A DNA stretch of 64,000 nt from Schmidtea polychroa (taxonomy: Eukaryota), in assembly GCA_044892525.1 (NCBI GenBank), contig CM097885.1, positions 237,338,001 to 237,402,000 of the forward strand, in the 5' to 3' direction. Made by a program: the position numbers and the translations under genes. Positions 50,501 through 59,972 of the stretch are shown in pieces (the first letter of the stretch is position 1; each line of letters begins with the position of its first letter). Under the pieces are notes generated by a model. The model did no database searches and had not been told where the DNA came from. It saw only the letters and a program-made list of their open reading frames with translations.

Positions 50501-51829
50501 TCACAAGATAAACCTCCAACAATGAAACTTCTTTGTGATCAAACAGATCGAAGGTTTTATCTTTGTCACTATAGACTCCTCCAATTTTATCTCTCACGAG
50601 GAATGATATTAAAAAAAGTTCATAGTGTCATAAGATTTAAACAAGCTCCATTCATGAAAGCTTTTATCGAGGAGAACATTAGGTGTCGAAACATTGCAAA
50701 AAGAGAAGGTAACCTTTTTAAAGATAATAATTATAAACTTTTAAACAATTCAGTCTTTGGGAAAACAATGGAGAATGTTGATAAATATACTCATATTGAA
50801 CTCCTAACAAATACTACCAAAGATATTAAGCGTTATAATCGCATGCTAGGAAAGCCTACATTTAAAAACGCACAAGTATTTTCTGAAAATCTTACTGCAG
50901 TAGAATTAAAAAATTATGAGAAAACATATAACAAACCAATATTTATAGGGTTTACAATTTTAGAACTTTCAAAATTACAAATGTATGAAACATATTATAA
51001 CATCTTACAACCTATATACGGAGCAAATATATCAATGCATGCAATGGATACAGATTCAATGTTTTTAACAATAAGAACTCATGATTTACAAAAAGATATG
51101 AAAGAAAATCCTATACTTTCAAATTTAATAAATTCATCTGGAGAACTATTTTCGTTTAAAGATGAAAAACCTTTTACTCCTATAGAAAATGGAATATTTA
51201 TTCGTGCTAAACAATATTCATACGAAACATTTAGAAACCCTGAATTTATAACTAGATCATTTATATTTAAAACTCCAAAAACAGAAGAAACCATTACACA
51301 TAGATATCCTATATTTCCTAAAGAAGAAAAACCTGTAAAGGATAACAGATGTAAAGGAATACAGAGAGTGGTTGCAAAGAATCTTTCTCATCAAGATTAT
51401 ATAGATACATTGAATCCAAATCATAAAGATAAAATTGATGAAATACATCAACTTAAAAGTGAAAACCATGATATTCACTTGATAGAATCTCAAAAAGTAT
51501 CATTATCAAATTATGATGATAAGAGATTCATACTAAGTGATTTAAAGAGAACTCTACCTATTGGAAATAATTTAATCCCTATAATAAAAAATCTAGAAAA
51601 GTTGAATAAGTTATATGATACAAAGATTACTGATATTGATATTTATAATGTTGAAATTATTTATCCCGAGAGAGAAATCGAGAAACCTTTATATTCTCAA
51701 GTTTTTAATCCTATATGTTTAGAACTTAAATATTTTAATACTGATCCTGAATATATAAAAGGTCTAAGTGATAAAGAATTTAAAGATCATAAATTAATGA
51801 TTCATAGGTTGACTTTCAACCATAACTGA
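47509..51829 (+). CDS. Protein-primed family B DNA polymerase with N-terminal Zn fingers, OTU-like protease region and EndoVII-like insert; +1 frameshift at 48364-48367
   Basis: ORFs 47509-48447 and 48344-51829 join as INVQNNDNK/CFIWSILAHLHP. Exo motifs YGDFES, FHNLFGYD, YLSLDV; Pol motifs YIDATALY, KLLNNSVFGKTMEN, MDTDS; CWMC..DHDH..YRGAAHKNCNL. Confidence 0.96.
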
Positions 51830-51923
51830 AACCAACGATATTTAATTTTTTAATAATAAAATGTCGACAATTAATTTAAGCAACTATAGCAACCTGATCT
51901 ACTTTTTTAAAAATACACCCATT

Positions 51924-52520
51924 TTATAAGTAAGAATTCTTTAACCATTTTTCTCGAGATGTTTTTTTATTACTTATAACATTAGCCACCATGCCCTCCC
52001 TTTTTAATCTTATAACCTCATTCTTTATATCTTGTATTATTTGATTTGATTTCATTATTTCTTCGTCTGTCAGGATTCCATCTTCCAAAGCTTTTAATTG
52101 AAATAAAAATAATTTAGAGATTCCTAATTCTATTGATAAACAAACTTCTCTATATAAACTTTTCTTTTTAGAAGTATAAGATAATGAAACTATTTCAGTT
52201 AAGAAACCATCAGCCACAGAAATACTTCCAAGTATTACAGGTGCAAGAGTAACAACTGGTAAAGTTATGGGTAAAATAACTGTTAATATTGCAGATGCAA
52301 ATCCTAAAGAATAACCTATAACTTTTAAAACTGTATTCCCTTTATTCCATCTATTTTTAATTTTTTTATAATGCTTTAATAAATCTTGTAAATGTAAGGT
52401 TTCTGATTTAAATTCTTTTACTCTCATAATTTCAAGTTCTGTGGGAGCCGAGGCCTTGGAAGAATAATATCCTGATGATCTCAATTCTGGGTAAATTTTT
52501 TCTTTTCTTACTTCTTCCAT
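51924..52520 (-). CDS. Polinton membrane protein, 198 aa (possibly the 'gasderminX'-type conserved ORF)
   Basis: Clean ORF with AAAATG start; IYPEL N-terminus, coiled-coil, central hydrophobic hairpin (VIGYSLGFASAILTVILPITLPVVTLAPVILGSISV). The family label is from recall only. Confidence 0.7.
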   Translation of the reverse strand: MEEVRKEKIYPELRSSGYYSSKASAPTELEIMRVKEFKSETLHLQDLLKHYKKIKNRWNKGNTVLKVIGYSLGFASAILTVILPITLPVVTLAPVILGSISVADGFLTEIVSLSYTSKKKSLYREVCLSIELGISKLFLFQLKALEDGILTDEEIMKSNQIIQDIKNEVIRLKREGMVANVISNKKTSREKWLKNSYL

Positions 52521-52528
52521 TTTAATAA

Positions 52529-53539
52529 TTAAAAAAATAAGACTTTATTCTTCTGAGCACCATCTGGCACCAATAGTCGGATATCAAAAGAAACTCTTGT
52601 TGAGAGGATATCTTTATACAATTCTCTCAATGCTTTACAAACTTCATCAACATCAACCTTTTTTTCATAAAATATTAAATCTATATATTGTACAAGTGAA
52701 CTAGAAAAATGAATATTCTTACTTTTAACTTTATGTAGTCCATGTGAATGAGTATTAACATACCAATCTCCGTGTGGTAAATCATAACTAGTCATTATAA
52801 CATCACCCTTTTCAAGCTTACTATTATAATCAAATTTCACAAACCATTTCATTCTTTCATTATCATCATCAAACAAAAAGAAATAAGGATCAATAATTTT
52901 TACAACCATAAAAACACCCCATTCTTTACTGTTTGTTGTTATTAAACTTGGTTCTATAAAATGTTTATATGTATGGGGTAATAATGTTTTATTCTGTTCT
53001 AATTCAGCAGCTCTTTTTCTAATACTATGTGTGGTGTTAATGTGCGTTCCATGAGACTCTAAATTTGAAATTCTTTTATTAAATGATGTAATCATCTCAT
53101 TTATTATATTATATATTGTATTAAATTTAGTATTCATAATTTGTTTATCTTTAGAATTTAATATAGCAGTATTTAACTTTACAACTTGTTCAGTTAACAG
53201 ACTTTGTAACTTGTCAAATTTATCATTAAATCGTTGTTCGATATTATTAAGCTTTGATTCCATTGAATCAATTTTTGTTGTTAATGAACTTTCAATTCTT
53301 GTTGTTGTTAAATCAGTATATTTTTTAACACCATCTACATATTTCTTATTAACTGCATCAGCTTCATCAGTTGGAAAAGATAATTCTTTTATCTTGTGTC
53401 CATTTAAAATTAAATCACCCTTCATTGAATCACCTCTTTCATTAATATATTTATTTTCTGTTAAAGTTAATATTTCTTCTGTATTAAACCCTGTTTTTAT
53501 TGTTCCACCACCTCTATTACATGGAATATAAGAACTCAT
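52529..53539 (-). CDS. Fibre/spike-like protein, 336 aa
   Basis: GDSMKGDLILNGHKIKEL..PTDEADAVNKKYVD fibre/adhesin neck motif, then a long coiled-coil and a beta-rich C-terminal domain; adjacent to the penton gene. Confidence 0.7.
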   Translation of the reverse strand: MSSYIPCNRGGGTIKTGFNTEEILTLTENKYINERGDSMKGDLILNGHKIKELSFPTDEADAVNKKYVDGVKKYTDLTTTRIESSLTTKIDSMESKLNNIEQRFNDKFDKLQSLLTEQVVKLNTAILNSKDKQIMNTKFNTIYNIINEMITSFNKRISNLESHGTHINTTHSIRKRAAELEQNKTLLPHTYKHFIEPSLITTNSKEWGVFMVVKIIDPYFFLFDDDNERMKWFVKFDYNSKLEKGDVIMTSYDLPHGDWYVNTHSHGLHKVKSKNIHFSSSLVQYIDLIFYEKKVDVDEVCKALRELYKDILSTRVSFDIRLLVPDGAQKNKVLFF

Positions 53540-53563
53540 TTATTAATAATTTAAAATGAATCT

Positions 53564-54328
53564 TCAAACCTGTTTCAAATGTAAATACATTGAAATCTCT
53601 TCTCCATTAAAATCAATCAATTCTCCTTCTTGATTAAGAATTTTAAAATTAATATCCATTATATATTTTCTACATAAAGGTAAATAATTTGGAGGATTCA
53701 TTCTTTCAACTATTTTATATCCCATAGGAACTGTGTTTGAGGGAAAGGAATATAAAACATTTGTTTGTTTACCATTATTATAAGAACCTGTTATACAATC
53801 GCAATGAATATTTATTGTGTTTGTATTTATTATTTTTATAATATGTTCTGATGTTATTATTTTATCTTCTTTTATTGTTATATCCATAGGTTTAAATCCT
53901 AAAACTGTGTGAAAGAAACAATTATCTAAAAAACTAATTTTTATATTCTTCAAAGTCATTACACATTTTGAAGTTGGTATATCCATTTTAATTTTAATAC
54001 CTTCATTTGTTTTTTTAGAAAGTATATCATTTAAATCTTTTATCTCATATGCCCCAGGTTCTATTGTTATAATTTCTGGTTTATGCCCATCACGAGTTTG
54101 AATAGTAAATTTATTATTATCTTTAGTTATATTAAAAATAGTATTATAAGCACAAAACCATAATAGCCCCAATTCATAATTTAAATTTTGATCTAATTTA
54201 ATTGAATCTTGAAAGTTTATAGTAAACTCTGATTCTTTTGAATTTATAGATAAAGTTCTTGAATATTTATCTGACATTATGTTTACCATTTTTTTTAAAT
54301 TATCTTCCGGAGGGTTGTGAAGCTCCAT
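53564..54328 (-). CDS. Minor capsid protein (penton, PX)
   Basis: INIHCDCITGSYNNG...LYSFP...GYKIVE...YLPL...NQEGELIDFNGE pattern typical of Polinton single jelly-roll pentons. Confidence 0.88.
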   Translation of the reverse strand: MELHNPPEDNLKKMVNIMSDKYSRTLSINSKESEFTINFQDSIKLDQNLNYELGLLWFCAYNTIFNITKDNNKFTIQTRDGHKPEIITIEPGAYEIKDLNDILSKKTNEGIKIKMDIPTSKCVMTLKNIKISFLDNCFFHTVLGFKPMDITIKEDKIITSEHIIKIINTNTINIHCDCITGSYNNGKQTNVLYSFPSNTVPMGYKIVERMNPPNYLPLCRKYIMDINFKILNQEGELIDFNGEEISMYLHLKQV

Positions 54329-54376
54329 TTCTTTAGTAGTAAATTCATATAGTAAAAATCCTTATAGTAAAAATCC

Positions 54377-54841
54377 TTATAGTAGAGATTCTAGATCATT
54401 ATAAATTTCTTGAATTATAGATTCAAAATCCTGCGTATGCCCCTTTCCCTCTCCCTTATTCAATCTATACAAAACATATAAACTTAAAATACCACATATT
54501 TTAGTATTCAAAGGTTGAACTTGTAAAGAGTTAAAAGTATAACCATTTGGGGAATCAATCGGAGAACCCCTCAAGAGATAATCTTCAACTTCTTTAGTAG
54601 GTTTAATCCCAAAAGAATCAAAGTAGATAGACTTCTTATATATACAAACCCAATGAGATCCTTTTTCATTTGAATTTTGATAATTGATTATTATATTCAG
54701 GGGACTCTCCAGACTTGATAATTCATCATTCATTAATATTTTAATTTTTAAATTTAAATAATTTGCATAATCTTTTAAATCAAAATTTGTTTTTGCATTT
54801 ATTCCAAATGTTTTTAAAAAATCTAATATTGAAGGAGTCAT
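54377..54841 (-). CDS. Adenain/Ulp1-type cysteine maturation protease
   Basis: GSHWV (His), YFDSFG (Asp), QVQ....ICG (Gln/Cys). Confidence 0.93.
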   Translation of the reverse strand: MTPSILDFLKTFGINAKTNFDLKDYANYLNLKIKILMNDELSSLESPLNIIINYQNSNEKGSHWVCIYKKSIYFDSFGIKPTKEVEDYLLRGSPIDSPNGYTFNSLQVQPLNTKICGILSLYVLYRLNKGEGKGHTQDFESIIQEIYNDLESLL

Positions 54842-54863
54842 TTTGTATTTTAAAACTTCGTAT

Positions 54864-55745
54864 TTATAACTTCGTATACTTATTAAATTTATCTTTTGAA
54901 ATTATTCCTTGTTTTAACAAATCTTTAGAAATCTTTAAAATATCAGAATCTAAATTATTATGTCCTGCTTTCCTTGCAGCTAATAGTTTTCTTAATTCAA
55001 TAAAAAGATTGATGGGATTTGGTTTACCACCTTCACTAATTAATCCCTCTCCCTCTGTAACAACATAACCCTTTTCATTTTTATTTAAATAATTCTTTAA
55101 ATCTTGAATATATTTTGCTTTAGAACTAGCTCTTATTAATTTTATTAAATTTAAATATTTTTTAATTTCTTCAACATCATCTGAAGAATATCCACAAAGT
55201 AATCTATAAAAATCATCTGTAAATTCAAAGTCTAAATATTCATTATTATAAACATTTTGTGAATGAATACGTGATTTATTTTCTGAATTTGAATATAAAG
55301 TAAAGTTTTGTTTATTAATTGTTATTATTTGATATCCTTCAGTATTAGTATTAAATGTGGGTCTAATTGAAGGAGGTAAATCATCTCTAATTTTAGGATC
55401 AACTTTAAGAGGTTTTGTTTTTAAAAACATTTCTTCTTCTTCCACATTTGAAATTCTTCTGCGTTTTCTTTGATTTCTTTCAGGATGGTTTTCACTGGAT
55501 TCTTTTTCTTTATCCTGCCACTCTAGTTCTTTTATTTTTTGTTTTTTATCTTCTAACTCTTTAAATTTTGCTTGCTCATTGAAATCTTCCAACTCTTTTA
55601 TAGCTTTAATTGTTGGCCCCTGTTGTTGTGTTATTACCTCATTTAATATTATAGATTCAGCATGTTGAGTTGTATCTTTTTTATTATATTTATCTTGTTC
55701 TGATTGTAATTTTTTTAAAAGTGCTAATCTTTCTTCATATACCAT
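54864..55745 (-). CDS. Conserved Polinton hypothetical protein, 293 aa
   Basis: Clean ORF; basic NLS-like RKRRR; C-terminal LRKLLAARKAGHNN...LLKQGII helix motif recurrent in Polinton ORFs; GxG sites. Confidence 0.75.
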   Translation of the reverse strand: MVYEERLALLKKLQSEQDKYNKKDTTQHAESIILNEVITQQQGPTIKAIKELEDFNEQAKFKELEDKKQKIKELEWQDKEKESSENHPERNQRKRRRISNVEEEEMFLKTKPLKVDPKIRDDLPPSIRPTFNTNTEGYQIITINKQNFTLYSNSENKSRIHSQNVYNNEYLDFEFTDDFYRLLCGYSSDDVEEIKKYLNLIKLIRASSKAKYIQDLKNYLNKNEKGYVVTEGEGLISEGGKPNPINLFIELRKLLAARKAGHNNLDSDILKISKDLLKQGIISKDKFNKYTKL

Positions 55746-55767
55746 TTTAATGGTATCAAAAATGGTA

Positions 55768-56346
55768 TCATAGTTCGAAGGGCTTCAAGTATAATCCTTT
55801 ACCATTTTTAGTTTTACAAAGGCATCCATTCTTTAAAGATTTACATATTTTTTTTAAATCTTCTTTATCTTTTGAAGATAAAGATTCAGATGTAGAAATT
55901 TGATTTTTTAAAAAATTATTTAAACCTCTACCTTTATAAGGATCAAGATAGAGACCTTTGCCCTGAGACTTTTGCCGACTCCCCTCATATGGATTAAGAT
56001 AGAGACCCTTTCCAACGGACACTCCCCCTTTAGCTTGCCCTACCTTCTTCATTGAATCGATTTCAGTTTGTAGTTTTTCTTTTTCTAGGTCTATCTTTTG
56101 AGATTCTTTAGCTTTTTGAACTGTAGTTGCAATTCCTCCAGCTATTCCAGCAGCACCTGATAAACCAGCAATGATTGCAGGTATTAAAGCAGCTAATGGA
56201 AGAATGCCACCTTCTTTAGCTTCGTGGAGCTTCGCTCTAACTTGTTCTTTTACATGTTTTCCAATAAAATATTTTTTACCATCAATTATTACTGATTTAT
56301 TTTTATTTGAATTTATTAATTCTTGCAAAGATTCTTCAGTTGTCAT
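55768..56346 (-). CDS. Adenovirus pX/mu-like virion core/membrane-active precursor, 192 aa
   Basis: KEGG-ILPLAALIPAIIAGLSGAAGIA resembles adenoviral pX GG-ILPLLIPLIAAAIGAVPGIA; three GKGLYL.P repeats. Confidence 0.75.
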   Translation of the reverse strand: MTTEESLQELINSNKNKSVIIDGKKYFIGKHVKEQVRAKLHEAKEGGILPLAALIPAIIAGLSGAAGIAGGIATTVQKAKESQKIDLEKEKLQTEIDSMKKVGQAKGGVSVGKGLYLNPYEGSRQKSQGKGLYLDPYKGRGLNNFLKNQISTSESLSSKDKEDLKKICKSLKNGCLCKTKNGKGLYLKPFEL

Positions 56347-56361
56347 TTTATAATAAACAAA

Positions 56362-57153
56362 ATGGATATTTGGAAACCAATTTTAAATAGACATAAGAGT
56401 AAATTTAATAATAAAGTATTTCCTGATAATTTTAGATTATTAATTGTTGGTTCTTCTGGATGTAGAAAGAATGTACTTGTTTTGAGAATGTTACTTGAAG
56501 ATGAATTTTTAGATTATAATAATTTAATCTTTTATTCTACAACCATAAATCAACCAGAATTACAACTTTTGAAATGTGGATTTGAAAATAAATTAACTAA
56601 AAAAGCAATAATTGATATTTTTAAAAATCAACATAGGTGTCCTGAAGAAGTTTTTCAACCTTGTGATATGGTTGATTGGTATAAGGAAAAGATTTTAGAA
56701 TCAGATATTAGTAATAAAAATGATTATATTTGTGAAGAAGGGCAGGAGGCAATTCAAGTTTTATTCTCTAATAAACCTGAAGATGTTTTACATTGTGATT
56801 TACTTCCTAAAGATAAAAAGAATCTAGTTATATTTGATGATGTTGTTAATATGAAAAATCAAGAGATTCAAAAGAGTTACTTTACACGAGGTCGACATAA
56901 TAATTGTAATGTTATTTATATATCTCAAACATATTATGCTTTAGATAAAAATTCAATAAGAAATAATTCCAATTGTTTTATATTTTTTAAATTAGATCGC
57001 CGTGATAAGAATATGATTTATAATGATTTATTTTCAAATGTTGAACCTGATAAGAATATGTTTGATATGTTTGTTGATAATCATTGGAAAGAAAAATATA
57101 ATTATATTTATTTGGATAGAGAAGAAGCTGAAATATGGAAAAGTTTGTTTTAG
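56362..57153 (+). CDS. A32/FtsK-like genome packaging ATPase (Walker A degenerate)
   Basis: LIVGSSGCRKN (Walker A), LVIFDD (Walker B), TRGRH and YISQ motifs. Likely start is ATG 56362. Confidence 0.92.
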   Translation: MDIWKPILNRHKSKFNNKVFPDNFRLLIVGSSGCRKNVLVLRMLLEDEFLDYNNLIFYSTTINQPELQLLKCGFENKLTKKAIIDIFKNQHRCPEEVFQPCDMVDWYKEKILESDISNKNDYICEEGQEAIQVLFSNKPEDVLHCDLLPKDKKNLVIFDDVVNMKNQEIQKSYFTRGRHNNCNVIYISQTYYALDKNSIRNNSNCFIFFKLDRRDKNMIYNDLFSNVEPDKNMFDMFVDNHWKEKYNYIYLDREEAEIWKSLF

Positions 57154-57164
57154 GGCTTGTCGAC

Positions 57165-58577
57165 TTAAAAATCTGTTTTCTGTAGTTCATTATTATAAAA
57201 TCTACCTAATATTTTTTCATTATTTAAATCAAAGATGCTATATGTTATTGGAGTTGTATAATGTATTTTATTTATAATAAAAATTTCATTTGTCCATTTT
57301 GCTGTGAATCCTTTTTCAAATTTATTTTTATATTTAAATATTCTTACTCGGTCACCAATTTTAAACTTTGGTTTTTCAATAACATCATTTTCAATATTTA
57401 CCACTTTAATGGTTTCAGGCTTCATGGAAGCATTTAAAGGTGTTAATTTTATAGAACTATGTACATCATTATTATATTCATTTACAATCTTTTGTAACAA
57501 TTCATTGTTCCATTTTTGTTTTCCAATAGCAGTAAAATATTTCCACATTTTATTTTTTAATGTTCTATTTAATCTTTCAACTACGACTGCTTTTCCTTCG
57601 TTTTCTGTTGAATATAATTTAATATCATTTTCATTTAAAAACTTTGTAAAAACTTTGTTATAAAATTCTGTTCCTTTATCACACCATAAATATTTTGGGA
57701 TTCTTTGATTTTCTTCAAATATATTTTCAAATGCTTCTGTAATGGAATATCCTGTTTTATTTTCTAAACATTTTGCAAAAGCAAATCTTGTATATAAATC
57801 TATTACAGTTAAAATTATTTTATATTTTTCAGGGTCTGATGATTTGGGCATAAAGACTAAATCTGCAGACCATGTTTGATCTTTTTCATGTACTTGAACT
57901 TTTAAATATTTTTTATTTTTTCTAAATTCATGGTGTAATTCCTTTGCATATTTTATTTCTGATTCTGTTGGGGTTTGTAAACTAGTCTTGGCTGTACTCT
58001 CGAGGGATCTTTCAATCTCTGCTTGTTCGATAATCTTTTTATAAGCAACATCTTTTGCTTTCCTAGGAAGTCTTGCACCCATGGTGATCGGACTGTGTCC
58101 TAAGCCTATGAAAATCTTACCTTTCATTGCTAATTTAACTAGAGCTCTTTGAATCTTTTCTTGGGTTGATGGATTTTGGATACTATTTAAATCATGTATT
58201 AAATTCACATCTGCAACATGTCTATCTCTAAGATTTGTTGAATTGTATGCAATGTCATGTTTTAAAGCTGCTTGATCAATTCTATTTATTGGTTCTTCTC
58301 CTTGTTTGGGATTATTATTTTCATCTAATCTAATATCTAGACGTGTTCCTGGTCCAGTATAGTTGTGTTTAAATAAATGTCTTTCACCTGGATATTTTTC
58401 TGTAGTAAAAGGTTTTAATATTGAAGATGTTGTTTTTGAAGATTGCAAATCGCCTCCAGCTCGTGGAATTAGGTCACCTACTGTATGTTTTTTAGTTTTA
58501 AGATGACTTGCTTTATGATGTCTTGTAACTTGACAATTACAAGTTTCACATCTCCAATAGGGTTTATTTAAAGACAT
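57165..58577 (-). CDS. Zn finger - parvovirus-type PLA2 - retroviral-type integrase fusion, 470 aa
   Basis: CETC..H..H finger; NYTGPGT and AALKHDIAY..RHVAD (PLA2); WSADL, WCDKGTEF, VVERLNRTLK (DDE); KFKIGDRVRI C-terminal domain. Confidence 0.93.
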   Translation of the reverse strand: MSLNKPYWRCETCNCQVTRHHKASHLKTKKHTVGDLIPRAGGDLQSSKTTSSILKPFTTEKYPGERHLFKHNYTGPGTRLDIRLDENNNPKQGEEPINRIDQAALKHDIAYNSTNLRDRHVADVNLIHDLNSIQNPSTQEKIQRALVKLAMKGKIFIGLGHSPITMGARLPRKAKDVAYKKIIEQAEIERSLESTAKTSLQTPTESEIKYAKELHHEFRKNKKYLKVQVHEKDQTWSADLVFMPKSSDPEKYKIILTVIDLYTRFAFAKCLENKTGYSITEAFENIFEENQRIPKYLWCDKGTEFYNKVFTKFLNENDIKLYSTENEGKAVVVERLNRTLKNKMWKYFTAIGKQKWNNELLQKIVNEYNNDVHSSIKLTPLNASMKPETIKVVNIENDVIEKPKFKIGDRVRIFKYKNKFEKGFTAKWTNEIFIINKIHYTTPITYSIFDLNNEKILGRFYNNELQKTDF

Positions 58578-58594
58578 TTTAAAATGTTAAAATA

Positions 58595-59887
58595 TTAAGA
58601 ATCTCCCCTAACATTTTCAATAATTGAAATCTTTCCACCATATAATTTCATTTCTATTTTCTTTTCTTCTAATATTAATGTATATACTTTAGCTTTAAAA
58701 TTAGAATCCTTTGTTACATGAAGTGTAACATCAACATTATTTATGGCTAATCGATCATCTTGGTCTGATACATTTATACAAAATATAGAATATAAATTTT
58801 TGAAATCTTCTAAACTTAATTGCGGTTCAACTTTGAAATCATAACATGTTTCAATATAATTTAGATATGGGAATATGTTTTCATTATTTTCAATATTAAA
58901 TTCCATTCTATTTATTGGATAATAAGAACTATTTAATTGAATTTGGATTGTTTTTAAATTATCATCTCCAATCTTTTGAATAAATAGATTGTTATTTTTT
59001 TGGAAAGATGAATCTGTTTCTTTGAATCCAATCAAGATATATCTTGGTCGGTATGCTAAATTTGCTACCTTTATAGAATATGTTGAACCCTCTGTCATAC
59101 TAAATTCACTACAGATTCTATTTAAATAATTTACATTTATAGACTTGTTGGAATTTAATCTTTCAAGGAGTTTAATCTCAGAATGTGGGTTTAATGTCCA
59201 TTCAGGTATATGTAATTCAAGTGTTGATAATTTTAATTTAGCTTTTGTATCTACAGCTCCATAGAACAATCTTTTATCACCTTCTACTCTATTACAGATG
59301 AATTCTATAAAAACATTATGAAGTATACGATTATAGTTTTGAAGGAATCCAAACAAGTGTTTTAATTCAAAATAACCTTCAAATTTTTTAGATTTATAAA
59401 GTTCAGCTCTTTTATGGTAACCATGGTTTACATCTAAACCATCTTTATCTAAATCCCCTTTATTAACATCAGGAATCCAACCTGTTAATTCACCATATTC
59501 GTTTTTATAATCACAACCAGTCAAAATAAAATTTAACATTGTAGAATATACTCCCGGATGCAAAACAGTTTCAATTTCTGATGATCCTAGTTTTAATCTC
59601 ATGTTGGAGAATAAATTTGGAAAGAAATTATTTTCTAGGGTTATATCTTTGTTTGCTTCAATTTCTAATTCTACTTTGTAATATAATTTGGCATTACAAA
59701 TATCTATTGGGTTTGATGTTTGAAGAGATTGAAAAACTATATCACCCCTACGATTTAAGTTTGTAATAGATCCTGAAGTTGGCGAGATTTTTAAAATATC
59801 ATTTTTTTTAATTTCATGAGTAAATTCTTTATTATAATCAAGATTTAATTTATTTTTTTCTTGAATTTTAAGATTTATATTATTCAT
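58595..59887 (-). CDS. Major capsid protein (double jelly-roll, PY), ~430 aa
   Basis: NNFFPNLFSNMRLKLG.EIE, L.HLFGFLQNY.RIL, PRYILIGF, IQLNSSYYP, YSIFCINVS. ATG 59887 lies in AAAAATG context; the upstream 59 codons of the listed ORF are antisense to another gene. Confidence 0.9.
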   Translation of the reverse strand: MNNINLKIQEKNKLNLDYNKEFTHEIKKNDILKISPTSGSITNLNRRGDIVFQSLQTSNPIDICNAKLYYKVELEIEANKDITLENNFFPNLFSNMRLKLGSSEIETVLHPGVYSTMLNFILTGCDYKNEYGELTGWIPDVNKGDLDKDGLDVNHGYHKRAELYKSKKFEGYFELKHLFGFLQNYNRILHNVFIEFICNRVEGDKRLFYGAVDTKAKLKLSTLELHIPEWTLNPHSEIKLLERLNSNKSINVNYLNRICSEFSMTEGSTYSIKVANLAYRPRYILIGFKETDSSFQKNNNLFIQKIGDDNLKTIQIQLNSSYYPINRMEFNIENNENIFPYLNYIETCYDFKVEPQLSLEDFKNLYSIFCINVSDQDDRLAINNVDVTLHVTKDSNFKAKVYTLILEEKKIEMKLYGGKISIIENVRGDS

Positions 59888-59972
59888 TTTTATATATAAA
59901 AGTTGATAAAAAAAAAGTTGAAAAATAAAAATAAAAATAAAAGGGAATTCAATAAAAATATAATTTATAAAA

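Noticed and set aside
54866..54878. ATAACTTCGTATA, identical to one loxP arm
   Set aside because: Only a half-site with no inverted partner 8 bp away; it lies in a viral stop-codon region and is most likely chance in AT-rich DNA.
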